Shown: positions 46,836 through 59,388, counted from the stretch's first letter. The stretch: DNA of 64,000 nt from Sulfolobaceae archaeon (GCA_038893355.1 JAWARQ010000001.1:32001-96000), one strand, 5' to 3'. Made by a program: numbers and translations. The notes: generated from the sequence alone by a model not told the origin.

Positions 46836-47787
46836 TTTATTTGCTGGCGCTGGAGGTTTTTCTCTAGGTTTCAAACTTGAATCGTATGAAGTAGCAGTAG
46901 CAGTAGATATAGATAGTGCAGCAGTAAGAACATACTCAGTAAACTTTCCTACTACAATTGTTCTTCAAGAAGATATAAAGTATCTTTCCTCGTCTGATAT
47001 AATGGAAGTACTTAAAAATAGAACGCCAGATGTTGTAATTGGTAGCCCACCATGCGAACCGTTTACTGGAGCAAATCCTAATAGATTTGAAAACGAAATT
47101 GACAGACTATATCTAGATCCAAAGGGTAATTTGACATTAGAATTTATAAGATTAGTAGGTGAATTGAAACCAAAAGTATTCGTGATGGAAAACGTACCGT
47201 CATTAGTCAGTTCAAAAAATTTAAGAAATGCCTTAATTACAGAATTTAGAAAAATTGGATACGATAAAATATACTTTAATATACTAAGAGCAGAAAATTT
47301 CGGTAATCCTTCAAGGAGAACACGTGTTTTTATATCAAATATAAAATTAGATTTAAATGAATTTAAAGTTAAAAAAATTAAGAAAGTATGGGATGTTTTA
47401 TATGACTTAGAATTTAAATTTGATTTACCAAATCATAATATATCTGAAATAAATGAAAGAAAACTTAATAAAATTTCTAAATTGAAATATGGTGATTATT
47501 TAACAATGTATAAAGGTAGCTCTGGTAGAAATATTCCACTATATATTCGTCTTGATCCAAATGATATTGCACCAACTGTTATGGGAAACTCTAGATTTAT
47601 TCATCCTTTTCATGATAGATTTTTAACAGTTAGAGAGCAAGCAAGACTAATGAGTTTTCCTGATACGCATATATTCTTAGGGAGTAAAGATGAACAGTAT
47701 AATCAAGTAGGAGAAGCAGTACCGGTAGTTTTATCACGTGTCATAGCTAAGAAAATCAAGGGTATCTTGCTTGGAAATTCTAGTTAA
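46813..47787 (+). CDS. C5-cytosine methyltransferase (orphan)
   Basis: [48 protein letters not shown]. Confidence 0.88.
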   Translation: MKRPVVVDLFAGAGGFSLGFKLESYEVAVAVDIDSAAVRTYSVNFPTTIVLQEDIKYLSSSDIMEVLKNRTPDVVIGSPPCEPFTGANPNRFENEIDRLYLDPKGNLTLEFIRLVGELKPKVFVMENVPSLVSSKNLRNALITEFRKIGYDKIYFNILRAENFGNPSRRTRVFISNIKLDLNEFKVKKIKKVWDVLYDLEFKFDLPNHNISEINERKLNKISKLKYGDYLTMYKGSSGRNIPLYIRLDPNDIAPTVMGNSRFIHPFHDRFLTVREQARLMSFPDTHIFLGSKDEQYNQVGEAVPVVLSRVIAKKIKGILLGNSS

Positions 47788-48226
47788 TATTCATAACATT
47801 ACTAGTGCGCAAAGAGTTATTGAAATTTCTAAGTTAGCCCTATCTCATAAAACTGTAAAAAATCTAGTATTAACAAAGGTTGGAGGAACAGCTGCACAGT
47901 CAGGAATTCCTGAAGTATTTAGATTTGCATATAAACTTGGAAAAAGTATAATGGTTTTACCAGATTTAAAAGATACTATAGAACTACTGAAACCTGATAA
48001 GGTAATCTTAATAAGTTCTAAAAGTAATCAAGTACTTACAAGAGAAGAGATTAAAAAATATGAAAAAGATAATAAAAAAATATTAATAGTAATCCCAGGT
48101 AATGAAGCCGGGTTTACAAAAATCGAGGAAAGTTTAGGTGAAATTTACAGAATTGAAAGTGAAATTAACGTGGAAGTTAGTCCTATTGCCATATTAGGAA
48201 TAATACTTTATTGTATCTTATCATAA
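47771..48226 (+). CDS. DUF2122 / SPOUT-like protein
   Basis: [39 protein letters not shown]. Confidence 0.65.
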   Translation: MEILVNIHNITSAQRVIEISKLALSHKTVKNLVLTKVGGTAAQSGIPEVFRFAYKLGKSIMVLPDLKDTIELLKPDKVILISSKSNQVLTREEIKKYEKDNKKILIVIPGNEAGFTKIEESLGEIYRIESEINVEVSPIAILGIILYCILS

Positions 48227-48614
48227 TAAATATTTTTATATAGATTTAAATATATTTAACGAAAATAATTATAGTTAGCAAATATAATTACGTAAAAGAA
48301 ATAGTTGAGGTCCACATTAAGTTTATTAGAAGAAGGACATGAATATCCGTTTATTCCTAAATCCTCATTTTAGAAATTTTATATTCATTCATGATCAAAT
48401 TATAGGAACATAATCTTTAATCATATGGATCATTTCCTTAAATATTGGCCATAGAACTCCTTAGATAAACGACATTTAGACTAGAACTTTTTAGCCTTCA
48501 ACCCATTCTTTTAGGCATAACCTACATTGAGTTGAAAGCTCTCTATTTATTAAACAATTTTTAGTAATAAAACAATATTAAAAAATTTCTGTTAAGTTAA
48601 TGAAAAGATTAAGC

Positions 48615-48693
<79 letters not shown>

Positions 48694-49054
48694 AATTTAT
48701 TGTAAGTTATGAATGTTTATATAGTTATTTATCTTGGGCCAGGACGTAATATTGCTAATCTTGCCCTATCCTATTACAATAAACATGATGAAACTAGTAA
48801 AGGATAATGTGCATGAATACTTTAATAATTATAAACTATAAATATGATTCCTTATATAATTTGAATTATTTTTATTTATTAATTTTAGTATATATAATAA
48901 AAAGAATATTTACGTAATAAATTTTTAGTATCTTATACTAATACATCCTAGATATCAATAGAATTTACACTTTTGCACTGCCTTATATAGATTAGGTAAT
49001 GATAGATAACTTTTTATATAACCACTTCTAATGTGGTTTCGAAGGTGTTATAAT

Positions 49055-50719
<1,665 letters not shown>

Positions 50720-50720
50720 A

Positions 50721-52313
50721 TTAATCAAATTTTTTAATTTTTATAACTATAGGTATTTTTAAATTTGGCGCATCAAGTATTGCCTCTCCTATTTCCAATT
50801 TATCAAGATTTTTATAAAGTTTTTCATCTAATCCTAGAGAATCCCTTATAACTTTCTTATCAATATCTGATTTTATAGAATGTACTATTCTTATACTAGT
50901 ATTTTTAAGTATGCTCGCAGAGATTGAAGAAGGTGACTGTGATATTATTACAAATCCTATTCGATACTTTCTAATCTCTGCTAATAATCTTGTCAAAAAG
51001 CTTTCATCATCTTTAAAATAGTTGTGAGCCTCTTCTATAACTATAATAAGTTGATTTTCTCTTTTCTTTCGAATATAAATTTCTGTAATTAATCTTATTA
51101 AAAAAAGGCTATATATTAATTTTAATTTTAAATTTCTTATCCAACTTAAATCTATTATTATGTTATTATTTATATTTTCAATTAAATTATCAAAATTTTG
51201 AGTACTATCAAATAATTTATTGGCATAAGAACTAAATATTGGTGAGAGTTTTCTCAAGAGTGCAAATTTAGTCTCCCTCATCCAGTATGAGTGATCCTCA
51301 GATTCTAGTAAGGTTGTAACTAGATTCGAAGAATCAAACTTACCTAATCTTTTCATCTTATATAACGTAATACTAAGTAAAAATCTCTGTGGATCAGAGA
51401 GTTGTAGCACATCACCTAATATATCTATCACATCATCTACGTCTATGTTAACAAGGTCTAGAGGATTAATTCTTAAAGGACTATTTGAATTATATACCCT
51501 AAATCCCTTGTTAACTAGATCTAAGTATTCACCATGCCAATCCAATACTAGAATATTAGCACCCATTTTCTTAACTTCATTGATTAATACTTTTGCTGTA
51601 TTACTCTTTCCACTGCCTGTAGTCCCAAAAATACTTACATGCCTAAACAAATCCTCAAATTTTATACCAACTACTGTATTTTGTTGATAACCAATAGGAA
51701 TATCAAATTCCGTAACTACCCTAAATTGTATGGAAGGAGAGTCGTATATCGCATCTTTAATTATCACGTAAGGAAAATTTCCAAATGTAACGGGTTTAGG
51801 TATAAACTTAACATCTGAAACCTTAATGGGAGTTAGTGATATATGTGGGGCTATAACTTCAGCTAAATTTATAATTTCTAAAGCTTCTCTCTCTAGTGTT
51901 TCTTTATTATTAGAAATTATCAGTAGCGTAGATCCAGCTTTCCTTTTAATCTGAGTAAGAATGTATAGTTCTATATTAGACTCCTTTTTAGACAGCATGT
52001 TTATTAAATTCTCTAGTTCTCCTAAATAGCTCCCAACTATCTTACCCTGGTCTAGAGAGTTTTCTACTTTCATGAGCATCTTAAGCGCTATACCATAGTA
52101 TACATCATTTCCCTCTGTATATTCAAATATATTTTTATTTATATTTATTTTATTTATAATCTTTTTTATTCTATATAATCTATTAAATAATAAAATTATA
52201 AATAAAATAAATATTGGAATTACAAAAAGGAAAATAAAGGAAAAGCTTCTAAACATTAATAGGGTTACGCCTAAAAGTATTAGGAAAATAGGCAAAATAT
52301 ATCTACTCTTCAC
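50721..52313 (-). CDS. HerA/VirB4-like ATPase with N-terminal TM helices
   Basis: Two hydrophobic N-terminal segments, RHVSIFGTTGSGKS, LDWHGEY, IEEAH, RKY...SQSP. Confidence 0.85.
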   Translation of the reverse strand: MKSRYILPIFLILLGVTLLMFRSFSFIFLFVIPIFILFIILLFNRLYRIKKIINKININKNIFEYTEGNDVYYGIALKMLMKVENSLDQGKIVGSYLGELENLINMLSKKESNIELYILTQIKRKAGSTLLIISNNKETLEREALEIINLAEVIAPHISLTPIKVSDVKFIPKPVTFGNFPYVIIKDAIYDSPSIQFRVVTEFDIPIGYQQNTVVGIKFEDLFRHVSIFGTTGSGKSNTAKVLINEVKKMGANILVLDWHGEYLDLVNKGFRVYNSNSPLRINPLDLVNIDVDDVIDILGDVLQLSDPQRFLLSITLYKMKRLGKFDSSNLVTTLLESEDHSYWMRETKFALLRKLSPIFSSYANKLFDSTQNFDNLIENINNNIIIDLSWIRNLKLKLIYSLFLIRLITEIYIRKKRENQLIIVIEEAHNYFKDDESFLTRLLAEIRKYRIGFVIISQSPSSISASILKNTSIRIVHSIKSDIDKKVIRDSLGLDEKLYKNLDKLEIGEAILDAPNLKIPIVIKIKKFD

Positions 52314-52344
52314 GTAATAGTTAATCCTAATAAGACAGTCTCAG

Positions 52345-52722
52345 CTAAATGAAAGTTACGGCATTTTTTGTAAGTATTAATCTTTCTTCCCTACTTAACT
52401 TGTTAATAATCTCAAATTTTTCTTCACCCTCTTTACAACAATTTATTATATATGCCGGGCTTCCTTCTTTTGCACCTAATTTCTTAATAGCTTCATTTAA
52501 TTGAGATTCACCAGAAATTAAAAGTAAAAAAAGAAGTGTTGGATTATTTATTTTAGTATTTTTATTATTTGATATTATTTTAAAAAATAAATAACAAGCT
52601 TGCCTTACTACTGCATCACTCGGGAGTTTATTTATAATCTGCGTGACGCACTCGTTAGAATACTTAATTAGCGATAAATATTCTTTTTTAAACTCACTAA
52701 TTTCCTTAATTTCTATTCTCAT
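52345..52722 (-). CDS. Cgi121-like KEOPS subunit
   Basis: LLISGESQLNEAIKKLG; adjacent to Urm1. Confidence 0.65.
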   Translation of the reverse strand: MRIEIKEISEFKKEYLSLIKYSNECVTQIINKLPSDAVVRQACYLFFKIISNNKNTKINNPTLLFLLLISGESQLNEAIKKLGAKEGSPAYIINCCKEGEEKFEIINKLSREERLILTKNAVTFI

Positions 52723-52977
52723 CTACCCACCATGATTTATTGAAATTATTTCTACTATATCATCCTCTTTTAATTCTAATTCATTTAATCCAAAAAGTCT
52801 CCAATCTTTTCCATTTATAAACACTAAAAAATCTGGTCTTAATTTATTATCTTTAAAGATATAATCATAAACTTTTACTAATTTAAATAAATCATATAAA
52901 GAAATTTTCATATTAATTTCTACTTCTTTCTTTCCTATAGCTATAGATAGCGGTCCTCTTATTACTAATTTAGGCAT
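52723..52977 (-). CDS. urm1: Ubiquitin-like Urm1/SAMP protein
   Basis: [10 protein letters not shown]-terminal HGG. Confidence 0.85.
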   Translation of the reverse strand: MPKLVIRGPLSIAIGKKEVEINMKISLYDLFKLVKVYDYIFKDNKLRPDFLVFINGKDWRLFGLNELELKEDDIVEIISINHGG

Positions 52978-53188
52978 TTTCTTCCTTCTTCTCTTCTAAT
53001 CTTTTAACTCTTTTTGCATAACGTGTTAGATATCCTGCAATTCTATTCCTAATTTTCTTTGAGCTTACTTCAACATATTTTGATACTAGTTCTTTATTTT
53101 TTTGAAAATCTAGAGTTACTTCGTCCTTAAACTTCTCATATAATTCTTCTGCTATCCTCTTTATATCCCTAGTATAAACGGTACCCAT
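52970..53188 (-). CDS. rps17e: 30S ribosomal protein S17e
   Basis: [20 protein letters not shown]. Confidence 0.97.
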   Translation of the reverse strand: MGTVYTRDIKRIAEELYEKFKDEVTLDFQKNKELVSKYVEVSSKKIRNRIAGYLTRYAKRVKRLEEKKEENA

Positions 53189-53190
53189 TA

Positions 53191-54348
53191 TTACTCCACA
53201 CTCTTAGACTCCTGCTTATGAGTATATATACTCTGTTTTGCCTTAGGTATCTCTGTTTCCTTAACAAATCTATTCTTTAACTTTTCTATTACTACTGGTA
53301 GGGTTGTATATTCCATTTCCGTAGGTTCTAGTCTATGAGGCATAAATGGACCGTGCCTCCTTAAGTAATCGGTAATAATAGCAGCAATTCTTCTGGACTC
53401 ATCAAATATTGGATCATCAAATAGATCTGTAGGACCTATAAGCTTGCCTTCTTTAACATTAAAGCCTAATGCTATTAGTCTCGGTGGTCCATCAAATCTA
53501 GTAGCCCTTGCATCTCTTTGAGAAACTGGCATAAGAGGGCCATAATGACTACCTCTCATCCAACCTGCAACTAAATGTGGAAAAGAAAACGCTTCAAGAA
53601 CTTCTCCTAATGCAGGTAAGCCATGTTGAACTCTAACAATAGCTACCGGATCATCTTTCCCTACATATCTTCCTGCTATTAAGTTTAATCTCTCAACTGA
53701 CACTACAGCAGCAAGTAAATTATCATGTTTTCTATAGATCCTTCTTATAATATATCTACTAGGAGTTCCTATTAGCGCTAATATATCATAAATTTCTTCT
53801 GGTGCTGATAAAGTTACAGATTGACCTTCATATACATCTAAGACTTCAAATTTAAATCCTTCATGCATTGTTGGATCGATTACTAATCCTGCAGTATTAA
53901 ATGGGTCAGCAAAAATTCTATATAACGGTAGGTTAAATGCACCAGGTTCCGTTTTATCAGCCATGAATATAACTATTGGCTCAGAAGGTCTCTCTTCAAT
54001 ATCAAGCTCTGCTACGCCAGGACCTAATCCTCTCACATTTCCAGAAAAAGAGTCACTAAGTAAGTCTTGCCCAGCAGCATATAATCCTAACTCTTTTGCA
54101 ACTCTAGCTGCCTCTTTGAATGCATTCCACGCAACTTCATGTACTGCTGGATTATTTTCACCTTTATTATGAGTCATTATTAATTCTAAATCATCACCTA
54201 CATGAGTAATGAAATAATCAATAATAATATTATTTCTTCTTGCCTCTGCTAATACTTTATTTGCAGCAGCCATTGTATCAGGGTGAACAGTATGATGTCC
54301 CGCTAGGCTGCCAATATCAGCCTTAATTACACTTATAGTAGTTCTCAT
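53191..54348 (-). CDS. fbp: Fructose-1,6-bisphosphate aldolase/phosphatase
   Basis: KADIG, GDD, AGQDLL, DKTEPGA, YVGKDDP, FDGPP. Confidence 0.97.
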   Translation of the reverse strand: MRTTISVIKADIGSLAGHHTVHPDTMAAANKVLAEARRNNIIIDYFITHVGDDLELIMTHNKGENNPAVHEVAWNAFKEAARVAKELGLYAAGQDLLSDSFSGNVRGLGPGVAELDIEERPSEPIVIFMADKTEPGAFNLPLYRIFADPFNTAGLVIDPTMHEGFKFEVLDVYEGQSVTLSAPEEIYDILALIGTPSRYIIRRIYRKHDNLLAAVVSVERLNLIAGRYVGKDDPVAIVRVQHGLPALGEVLEAFSFPHLVAGWMRGSHYGPLMPVSQRDARATRFDGPPRLIALGFNVKEGKLIGPTDLFDDPIFDESRRIAAIITDYLRRHGPFMPHRLEPTEMEYTTLPVVIEKLKNRFVKETEIPKAKQSIYTHKQESKSVE

Positions 54349-54384
54349 AAGCTCTATTATAAAAGTTAAAAATTAAAACTCTAA

Positions 54385-56187
54385 CTACTCTCTAGCATAC
54401 TCTAATGAGTAGTATTCTCCTTTCTCCTTTTGAAGTCTATCCAAATAACTTCCCTCTTTATTAATTCTTGGCCTACCTGTTTCAATATCTCTTCTAAAAG
54501 TTATTTGAACTTCTTTGAGAAATCTATTCATACCTTCTTTTACAGACATTATTTTTGAACCTATACCATAAATAGCAGGAACTCCAGTAAATACCATTAA
54601 TTTATCTGCAATATAATTATGTATTGCAAGATCATGTTCTACTACTATACATATAACGTTTCTCTCTCTCGTCACCCTTTTTATCGCCTTAGCTACAATA
54701 TATCTCTCCTCCACATCCAAGTATGATGATGGTTCGTCAAATAAGTAAATATCAGCATCCCTTGCTAAAGCAGCAGCAATAGTAACCTTCTGCAACTCAC
54801 CACCACTCAGTTCTTTAACATTAGCTTCAAGAAGTCTATGAATCCCTAGCCTTCTTATTACTTCCTCAAAAAACCAAGAAGAGGTAGAAAGTGCGTCTTT
54901 ACTTACTTCTTCTAAAAATTTCTGAACAGTTCCATCATAATTTGGTTCAATTTTTTGTGGCTTATAAGCTAATCTTAGTGGTTGAGGATATATATAGCCC
55001 TCATCAGGCTCTAATTCTCCTGCCAAAATTCTTATAAAAGTAGTTTTGCCTATTCCATTTCTGCCTAGTATACCAATTACCTCACCGCCTTTGGCCTCAC
55101 CTTCTTCTACTTCGAGTTCAAAAGAATCTAATTTTTTCTTTATTTTAGACCATTTTAATAATAATTTATTATTATTATTTATATCAAATTCACTAAAATC
55201 TCTAATTACAAATTTTATTTCATCTTCTCTAATCTTCATATTCTCTGCTGGTAAGAATCCCCTTAGAAAATTATTTATACCACTTCTTGCTGCGTAGGTT
55301 TTTGAAACTTTTCCATAAACTCCTGACTCTCCATAAATAATATTAACATAGTCCACTAAGTAATCTAAGATAACTAGATCATGTTCTACTATGAGAGTAT
55401 ATTTACCTTTAGTGAATTCCTTTATAGTCTTTGCCATATTCAATCTTTCCCTAATATCTAAGTATGATGATGGTTCGTCAAATAAGTAAATATCAGCATC
55501 CCTTGCTAAAGCAGCAGCAATAGTAACCTTCTGCAACTCACCACCACTTAAAGTCCTTATTTCCTTATTCCAAAAATTCTCCATATTCAATGTGACTTTA
55601 ATATCCTTTATTATTCCCCTCTCATCTATTCTAGAAAGAACCGATGAAACTTCACCTTTTAAATACCTTGTTAATGCTTCAACGTACTGTATCTTATGAA
55701 CTACTCTTAATTTTTTAGAATATAATTGCGAGAAATAATTATAAATCTCTCGACCTTTAAATCTTCTTAGAACCTCATCAATCGATGGTTTATATGAAGG
55801 GTCTCCGAAGTTTGGTATTAATTCACCAGAAATTATTTTTAAAATAGTAGTTTTTCCTGTTCCGTTTTTACCAATTATACCAATGATACTTCCGCTTTTG
55901 GGTACCGGTAATCCAAATAACTCAAATCCGTTTATCCTATATCTATGTATTATTTCACCGGAATATTGATCTGGTAAATTAACTATTGAAATTGCTTGAA
56001 ATGGGCACTTCTTAACGCAAATACCGCAGCCAATACAAGTCTCCTCATATATTATTGGCTTCCCTTTAACAATCTCAGAAAGTTCAATAGCTTTAGAACC
56101 GGATCTATTTATTGGGCAAAAATTAATACATTCAATATTACACTTCTGAGGTTTACAAAAGTCATAATTTATAACAGCAACTCTCAA
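54385..56187 (-). CDS. rli: ABCE1/RLI ribosome recycling ATPase
   Basis: N-terminal Fe-S cysteines (CIGCGICVKKCP), two NBDs, TGRPRINK. Confidence 0.97.
   Translation of the reverse strand: MRVAVINYDFCKPQKCNIECINFCPINRSGSKAIELSEIVKGKPIIYEETCIGCGICVKKCPFQAISIVNLPDQYSGEIIHRYRINGFELFGLPVPKSGSIIGIIGKNGTGKTTILKIISGELIPNFGDPSYKPSIDEVLRRFKGREIYNYFSQLYSKKLRVVHKIQYVEALTRYLKGEVSSVLSRIDERGIIKDIKVTLNMENFWNKEIRTLSGGELQKVTIAAALARDADIYLFDEPSSYLDIRERLNMAKTIKEFTKGKYTLIVEHDLVILDYLVDYVNIIYGESGVYGKVSKTYAARSGINNFLRGFLPAENMKIREDEIKFVIRDFSEFDINNNNKLLLKWSKIKKKLDSFELEVEEGEAKGGEVIGILGRNGIGKTTFIRILAGELEPDEGYIYPQPLRLAYKPQKIEPNYDGTVQKFLEEVSKDALSTSSWFFEEVIRRLGIHRLLEANVKELSGGELQKVTIAAALARDADIYLFDEPSSYLDVEERYIVAKAIKRVTRERNVICIVVEHDLAIHNYIADKLMVFTGVPAIYGIGSKIMSVKEGMNRFLKEVQITFRRDIETGRPRINKEGSYLDRLQKEKGEYYSLEYARE
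54719..55548 (-). repeat. 89-bp perfect repeat between NBD2 (54719-54807) and NBD1 (55460-55548) of ABCE1
   Basis: Identical DNA encoding SGGELQKVTIAAALARDADIYLFDEPSSYL. Confidence 0.95.
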
Positions 56188-56234
56188 AGAATTTCCCTTT
56201 TATATAATTACTAAAAAGCGGATTAAAAATTGGT

Positions 56235-56339
56235 TTACCATTCTTCTTCTAATTCTTCTTCTTCCCAATCCTCTTCCTCAAATTCCTCTTCTTCTAATTC
56301 TTCTTCTAACTCCTCCTCTTCCCAATCCTCTTCAAACAT
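56235..56339 (-). CDS. Hyper-acidic 34-aa micro-protein (not in ORF track)
   Basis: MFEEDWEEEELEEELEEEEFEEEDWEEEELEEEW*; GGTG RBS ~8 nt upstream; BRE/TATA-like GAAAATTATAAG at ~56375-56386. Confidence 0.7.
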   Translation of the reverse strand: MFEEDWEEEELEEELEEEEFEEEDWEEEELEEEW

Positions 56340-56529
56340 TACGCATGCACCTAACAACCCTTAAATTCCTAGTACTTATAATTTTCTATTCCTAAATTCA
56401 AGTTAATTATAATGAAGACTTTATCGTCAAGTTATACTTGATAATAATTTTTTTAAGATATTATTTATATCTTATAAAATATTATATCAAGTATTTTTAT
56501 ATAAATTTTATAATTATAGCATCATTTCC

Positions 56530-56712
56530 TATAAATTGGAAATGTTGAACGGTGAGATAAAGGAAACTTACATCGGCCCTTTAATTGGCGTCGTCGAGAC
56601 TTACATTAAATTGGAAAAATAGGAGCGGGGGTCTGGGGTTGTCCCCCAGTGAGGGTGTCCCCTCACAGCGGACCCGCCGGGATTCGAACCCGGGACCTTG
56701 GGCTCCGCAGGC
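56530..56712 (+). pseudogene. Degenerate SSV-type integrase N-terminal scar at tRNA-Arg
   Basis: YKLEMLNGEIKETYIGPLIGVVETYIKLEK*, then a frameshifted ADPPGFEPGT overlapping the tRNA 3' half. Confidence 0.75.
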
Positions 56713-56743
56713 CCACGCTCTATCCTGGCTGAGCTACGGGTCC
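56669..56743 (-). tRNA. tRNA-Arg(GCG)
   Basis: Reverse complement GGACCCG...TGGGC-CT GCG GA-GCCCA...CGGGTCCG. Confidence 0.95.
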
Positions 56744-56750
56744 CCTATTA

Positions 56751-58664
56751 CTACATCCTCTGAAGGGGTTTTATTCCTAACACTTTTAATCCATTACGTA
56801 AAACTATTTCTACTCCCTTAACTATATGTAATCTTAATTGCCTCTTTGAATTATCTGGTTCTTGTAAGACTCTTTCCTTATCATACCAGCGGTTAAAAAT
56901 ATCAGCAATATTTCTCAGGTAGGAAATAAGATCTTCTGGCCTTAATTCATCAGCAACCTTCTCAAAAACTTCAGGAAATTTAGCTATTTCGATTAGTATC
57001 TTTCTCTTTTCACCTACCAAATCATTAAAATCAACTAAATTTAATTCCAATTTTTCATTGGACTTCGAAAGGATATTATATGCTCTGGCATAAGTATACT
57101 GTAGATATGGCCCACTACTTTGTGATAGGTCTAGAGACGTTTCAACACTGAATGATACCGGCTTATTAGCGGAAACTTGCAATATCGAGTACCTAATAGC
57201 AGAGCTTATTATATGATCAATAATATCACTACTACTCTCTTTATTTATCTTAGTAGTAGCAACTATCTTATATTTATCGTATAATTCATCTAAAGATAAG
57301 TATCTTCCCCTTCGCCCACTCATTTTATATCCTTGTAAACTTACCATCCCATAAGAATAATGTATTAGATTCGAAGCAAATTCTGGATAACCTAGCAAAT
57401 ATAGAGCTGCCCTAAGCTGTATTTGGGGAATATATTGTTGTTCCGCTATTACATTAATAACAACATCTGCCCCATATTTTTTAAACTTGTACAATGTATA
57501 TGCTATATCCCTAACGGTATATAGAGTAGAACCATCTGATCTAAATACTATGAGGGGCGGCACTTCTAACCCTTTAGGTATTCTTAATCTTTCTCTTATC
57601 TCCTCGTCCAGAAAATCGTTTAAGTTTAATGCTAATGTTCCTTTATATTCAATCTTTATTAATGAATTCTTTATCCTATCTAAAACTTCATTCATATATT
57701 CACTCCATACGACTTCGCTTTCATAATCCATTCCATCAAAAGATATGTCAAGCTTAGAGAGACTTTCTAAGAAACCTCTTAAAATTAAATCCACATACTT
57801 TCTTACAATTTTAATAATTCCTTCATTCTTATTTTCGTATAATCTCATAATTTCAGAAATTTCCTCTTCAGCACGATCTCCTCTTATATTTAACTCTTCA
57901 GCCAATTTATCAAATATCTGTGGATCTCTATCTCTTAGTTCTTTTGCAATTACAACTAATTCGTCTAACTTTCCTTGTAATTCCTTAAACTTCTCATTTA
58001 TCTCATTCATTTTTTCTAACTGCTTTTTAATATTCCTGACCTCAAGAAGAACATTTATTATTGCATAAACTAGACCTAACCAATGATCAACCTTAATATT
58101 ACTTGGTGGATCTGGATATCCCAAAAGTTTTAACGCATATATTAAAATTGCTACTTGCCTACCTACATCATTAACATAAAATCTGATAATAACATTATGA
58201 CCCCTATACTTTAGCAATCTAGCAATAGTATCACCTAGCACTGCATTTCTTAAATGACCTAAGTGAAGAGGATGGACAGGATTTGCACTAGTATGCTCTA
58301 CAATATATTTTTTTGGTTTATCAGTCTTATTAATTCCATAATTTTCATTAATATTTGAATAAATATAAAGAAATAACTCTTTTTCATTTATTATAGAATT
58401 TATAAAAATATCTTTAATATCTATTTTTTTAATAAATTTAGTTTTAATAGTTTTTAGTAATTCTAAATTTAAAATATCTTTTTTACCTAATTTTGGAATT
58501 GGTAAAGCTAAATCTCCAAAGGTTTCGTCAGGAGGATATTCTATTAATTTAATTATTGTTTCGCTTTTAACTCCAAATCTATTTGAAATTGCTTCAGCAA
58601 AATCTCTCTTAACTTCCAGTATAGGATTCAAAGTGTTCAATTCACCTAAATTCTTTTTAACCAT
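56751..58664 (-). CDS. argS: Arginyl-tRNA synthetase
   Basis: EHTSANPVHPLHLGHLRN, KMSGRRG, GPYLQYTYARA, C-terminal RM. Confidence 0.97.
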   Translation of the reverse strand: MVKKNLGELNTLNPILEVKRDFAEAISNRFGVKSETIIKLIEYPPDETFGDLALPIPKLGKKDILNLELLKTIKTKFIKKIDIKDIFINSIINEKELFLYIYSNINENYGINKTDKPKKYIVEHTSANPVHPLHLGHLRNAVLGDTIARLLKYRGHNVIIRFYVNDVGRQVAILIYALKLLGYPDPPSNIKVDHWLGLVYAIINVLLEVRNIKKQLEKMNEINEKFKELQGKLDELVVIAKELRDRDPQIFDKLAEELNIRGDRAEEEISEIMRLYENKNEGIIKIVRKYVDLILRGFLESLSKLDISFDGMDYESEVVWSEYMNEVLDRIKNSLIKIEYKGTLALNLNDFLDEEIRERLRIPKGLEVPPLIVFRSDGSTLYTVRDIAYTLYKFKKYGADVVINVIAEQQYIPQIQLRAALYLLGYPEFASNLIHYSYGMVSLQGYKMSGRRGRYLSLDELYDKYKIVATTKINKESSSDIIDHIISSAIRYSILQVSANKPVSFSVETSLDLSQSSGPYLQYTYARAYNILSKSNEKLELNLVDFNDLVGEKRKILIEIAKFPEVFEKVADELRPEDLISYLRNIADIFNRWYDKERVLQEPDNSKRQLRLHIVKGVEIVLRNGLKVLGIKPLQRM

Positions 58665-58686
58665 ATCCTTTTAAAGCTAAGATTAC

Positions 58687-58881
58687 ATGAAGAAAGTAAA
58701 CATCTTAGTTATTGAGGATTACTTAAGGAGTATATCTGATGAGGAGATAAAAAGTATATTAGAAAAAATTAAAGCAGATAAGATTATAATTTCTAAACTC
58801 CATATACCATCATGGTCTGAGGAGGATAGTGAACAAATCACGGGTGTTTACGTTTTAGAAGAAGAATTAATCAGCACCTAA
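58687..58881 (+). CDS. Small hypothetical protein
   Basis: 64-aa ORF filling the gap between neighbours. Confidence 0.5.
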   Translation: MKKVNILVIEDYLRSISDEEIKSILEKIKADKIIISKLHIPSWSEEDSEQITGVYVLEEELIST

Positions 58882-59187
58882 TTTTGCATATTTACCGTCC
58901 TCTAATAACATTACAGAACCCTTTTCCGCTAAATCTGCAAGAGCCCTCCTAATTTTATCCTCACTTGCTATACCTGAAAGCATACTATGTAATTCTTTTA
59001 AACTCATAGGTTTTTCTTCAAGCAAATCAAGTAATATTTGTTTTAATTCTTCTTCATTAGGTGCCGTCATAACCACAACTTCCTTATCAGAATAAATAAC
59101 CTTTAACTTCTTTTCTACTGGCGTAAAACTTTCATTTTCATCCTTGAGTTGTGCTCTCTTCCTTTTCTTACCCTGTGGATTAGACAT
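58867..59187 (-). CDS. Winged-helix DNA-binding protein
   Basis: KPMSLKELHSMLSGIASEDKIRRALADLAEKG...DGKY; GGAGTG RBS. Confidence 0.7.
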   Translation of the reverse strand: MSNPQGKKRKRAQLKDENESFTPVEKKLKVIYSDKEVVVMTAPNEEELKQILLDLLEEKPMSLKELHSMLSGIASEDKIRRALADLAEKGSVMLLEDGKYAKLGAD

Positions 59188-59388
59188 AATATTTACACTC
59201 CCTAATTAATCTTATAATTACAAATATTTTTAAGCATTAATGAGTAGTATCATATATATTCATGAAATTTTGTTAAATTAGTTTTTTTCATAATTATAAT
59301 TTTAATTAAAGATATATCTATTTCATACATCCAATTAAAAGGAGTTCTTTTATAGGACTTCTAACTTTTAATTCATAGGAGGACACGT

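Noticed and set aside
56585-56821. 78-aa ORF
   Set aside because: Runs through the integrase scar, tRNA-Arg and the argS end in a non-homologous frame
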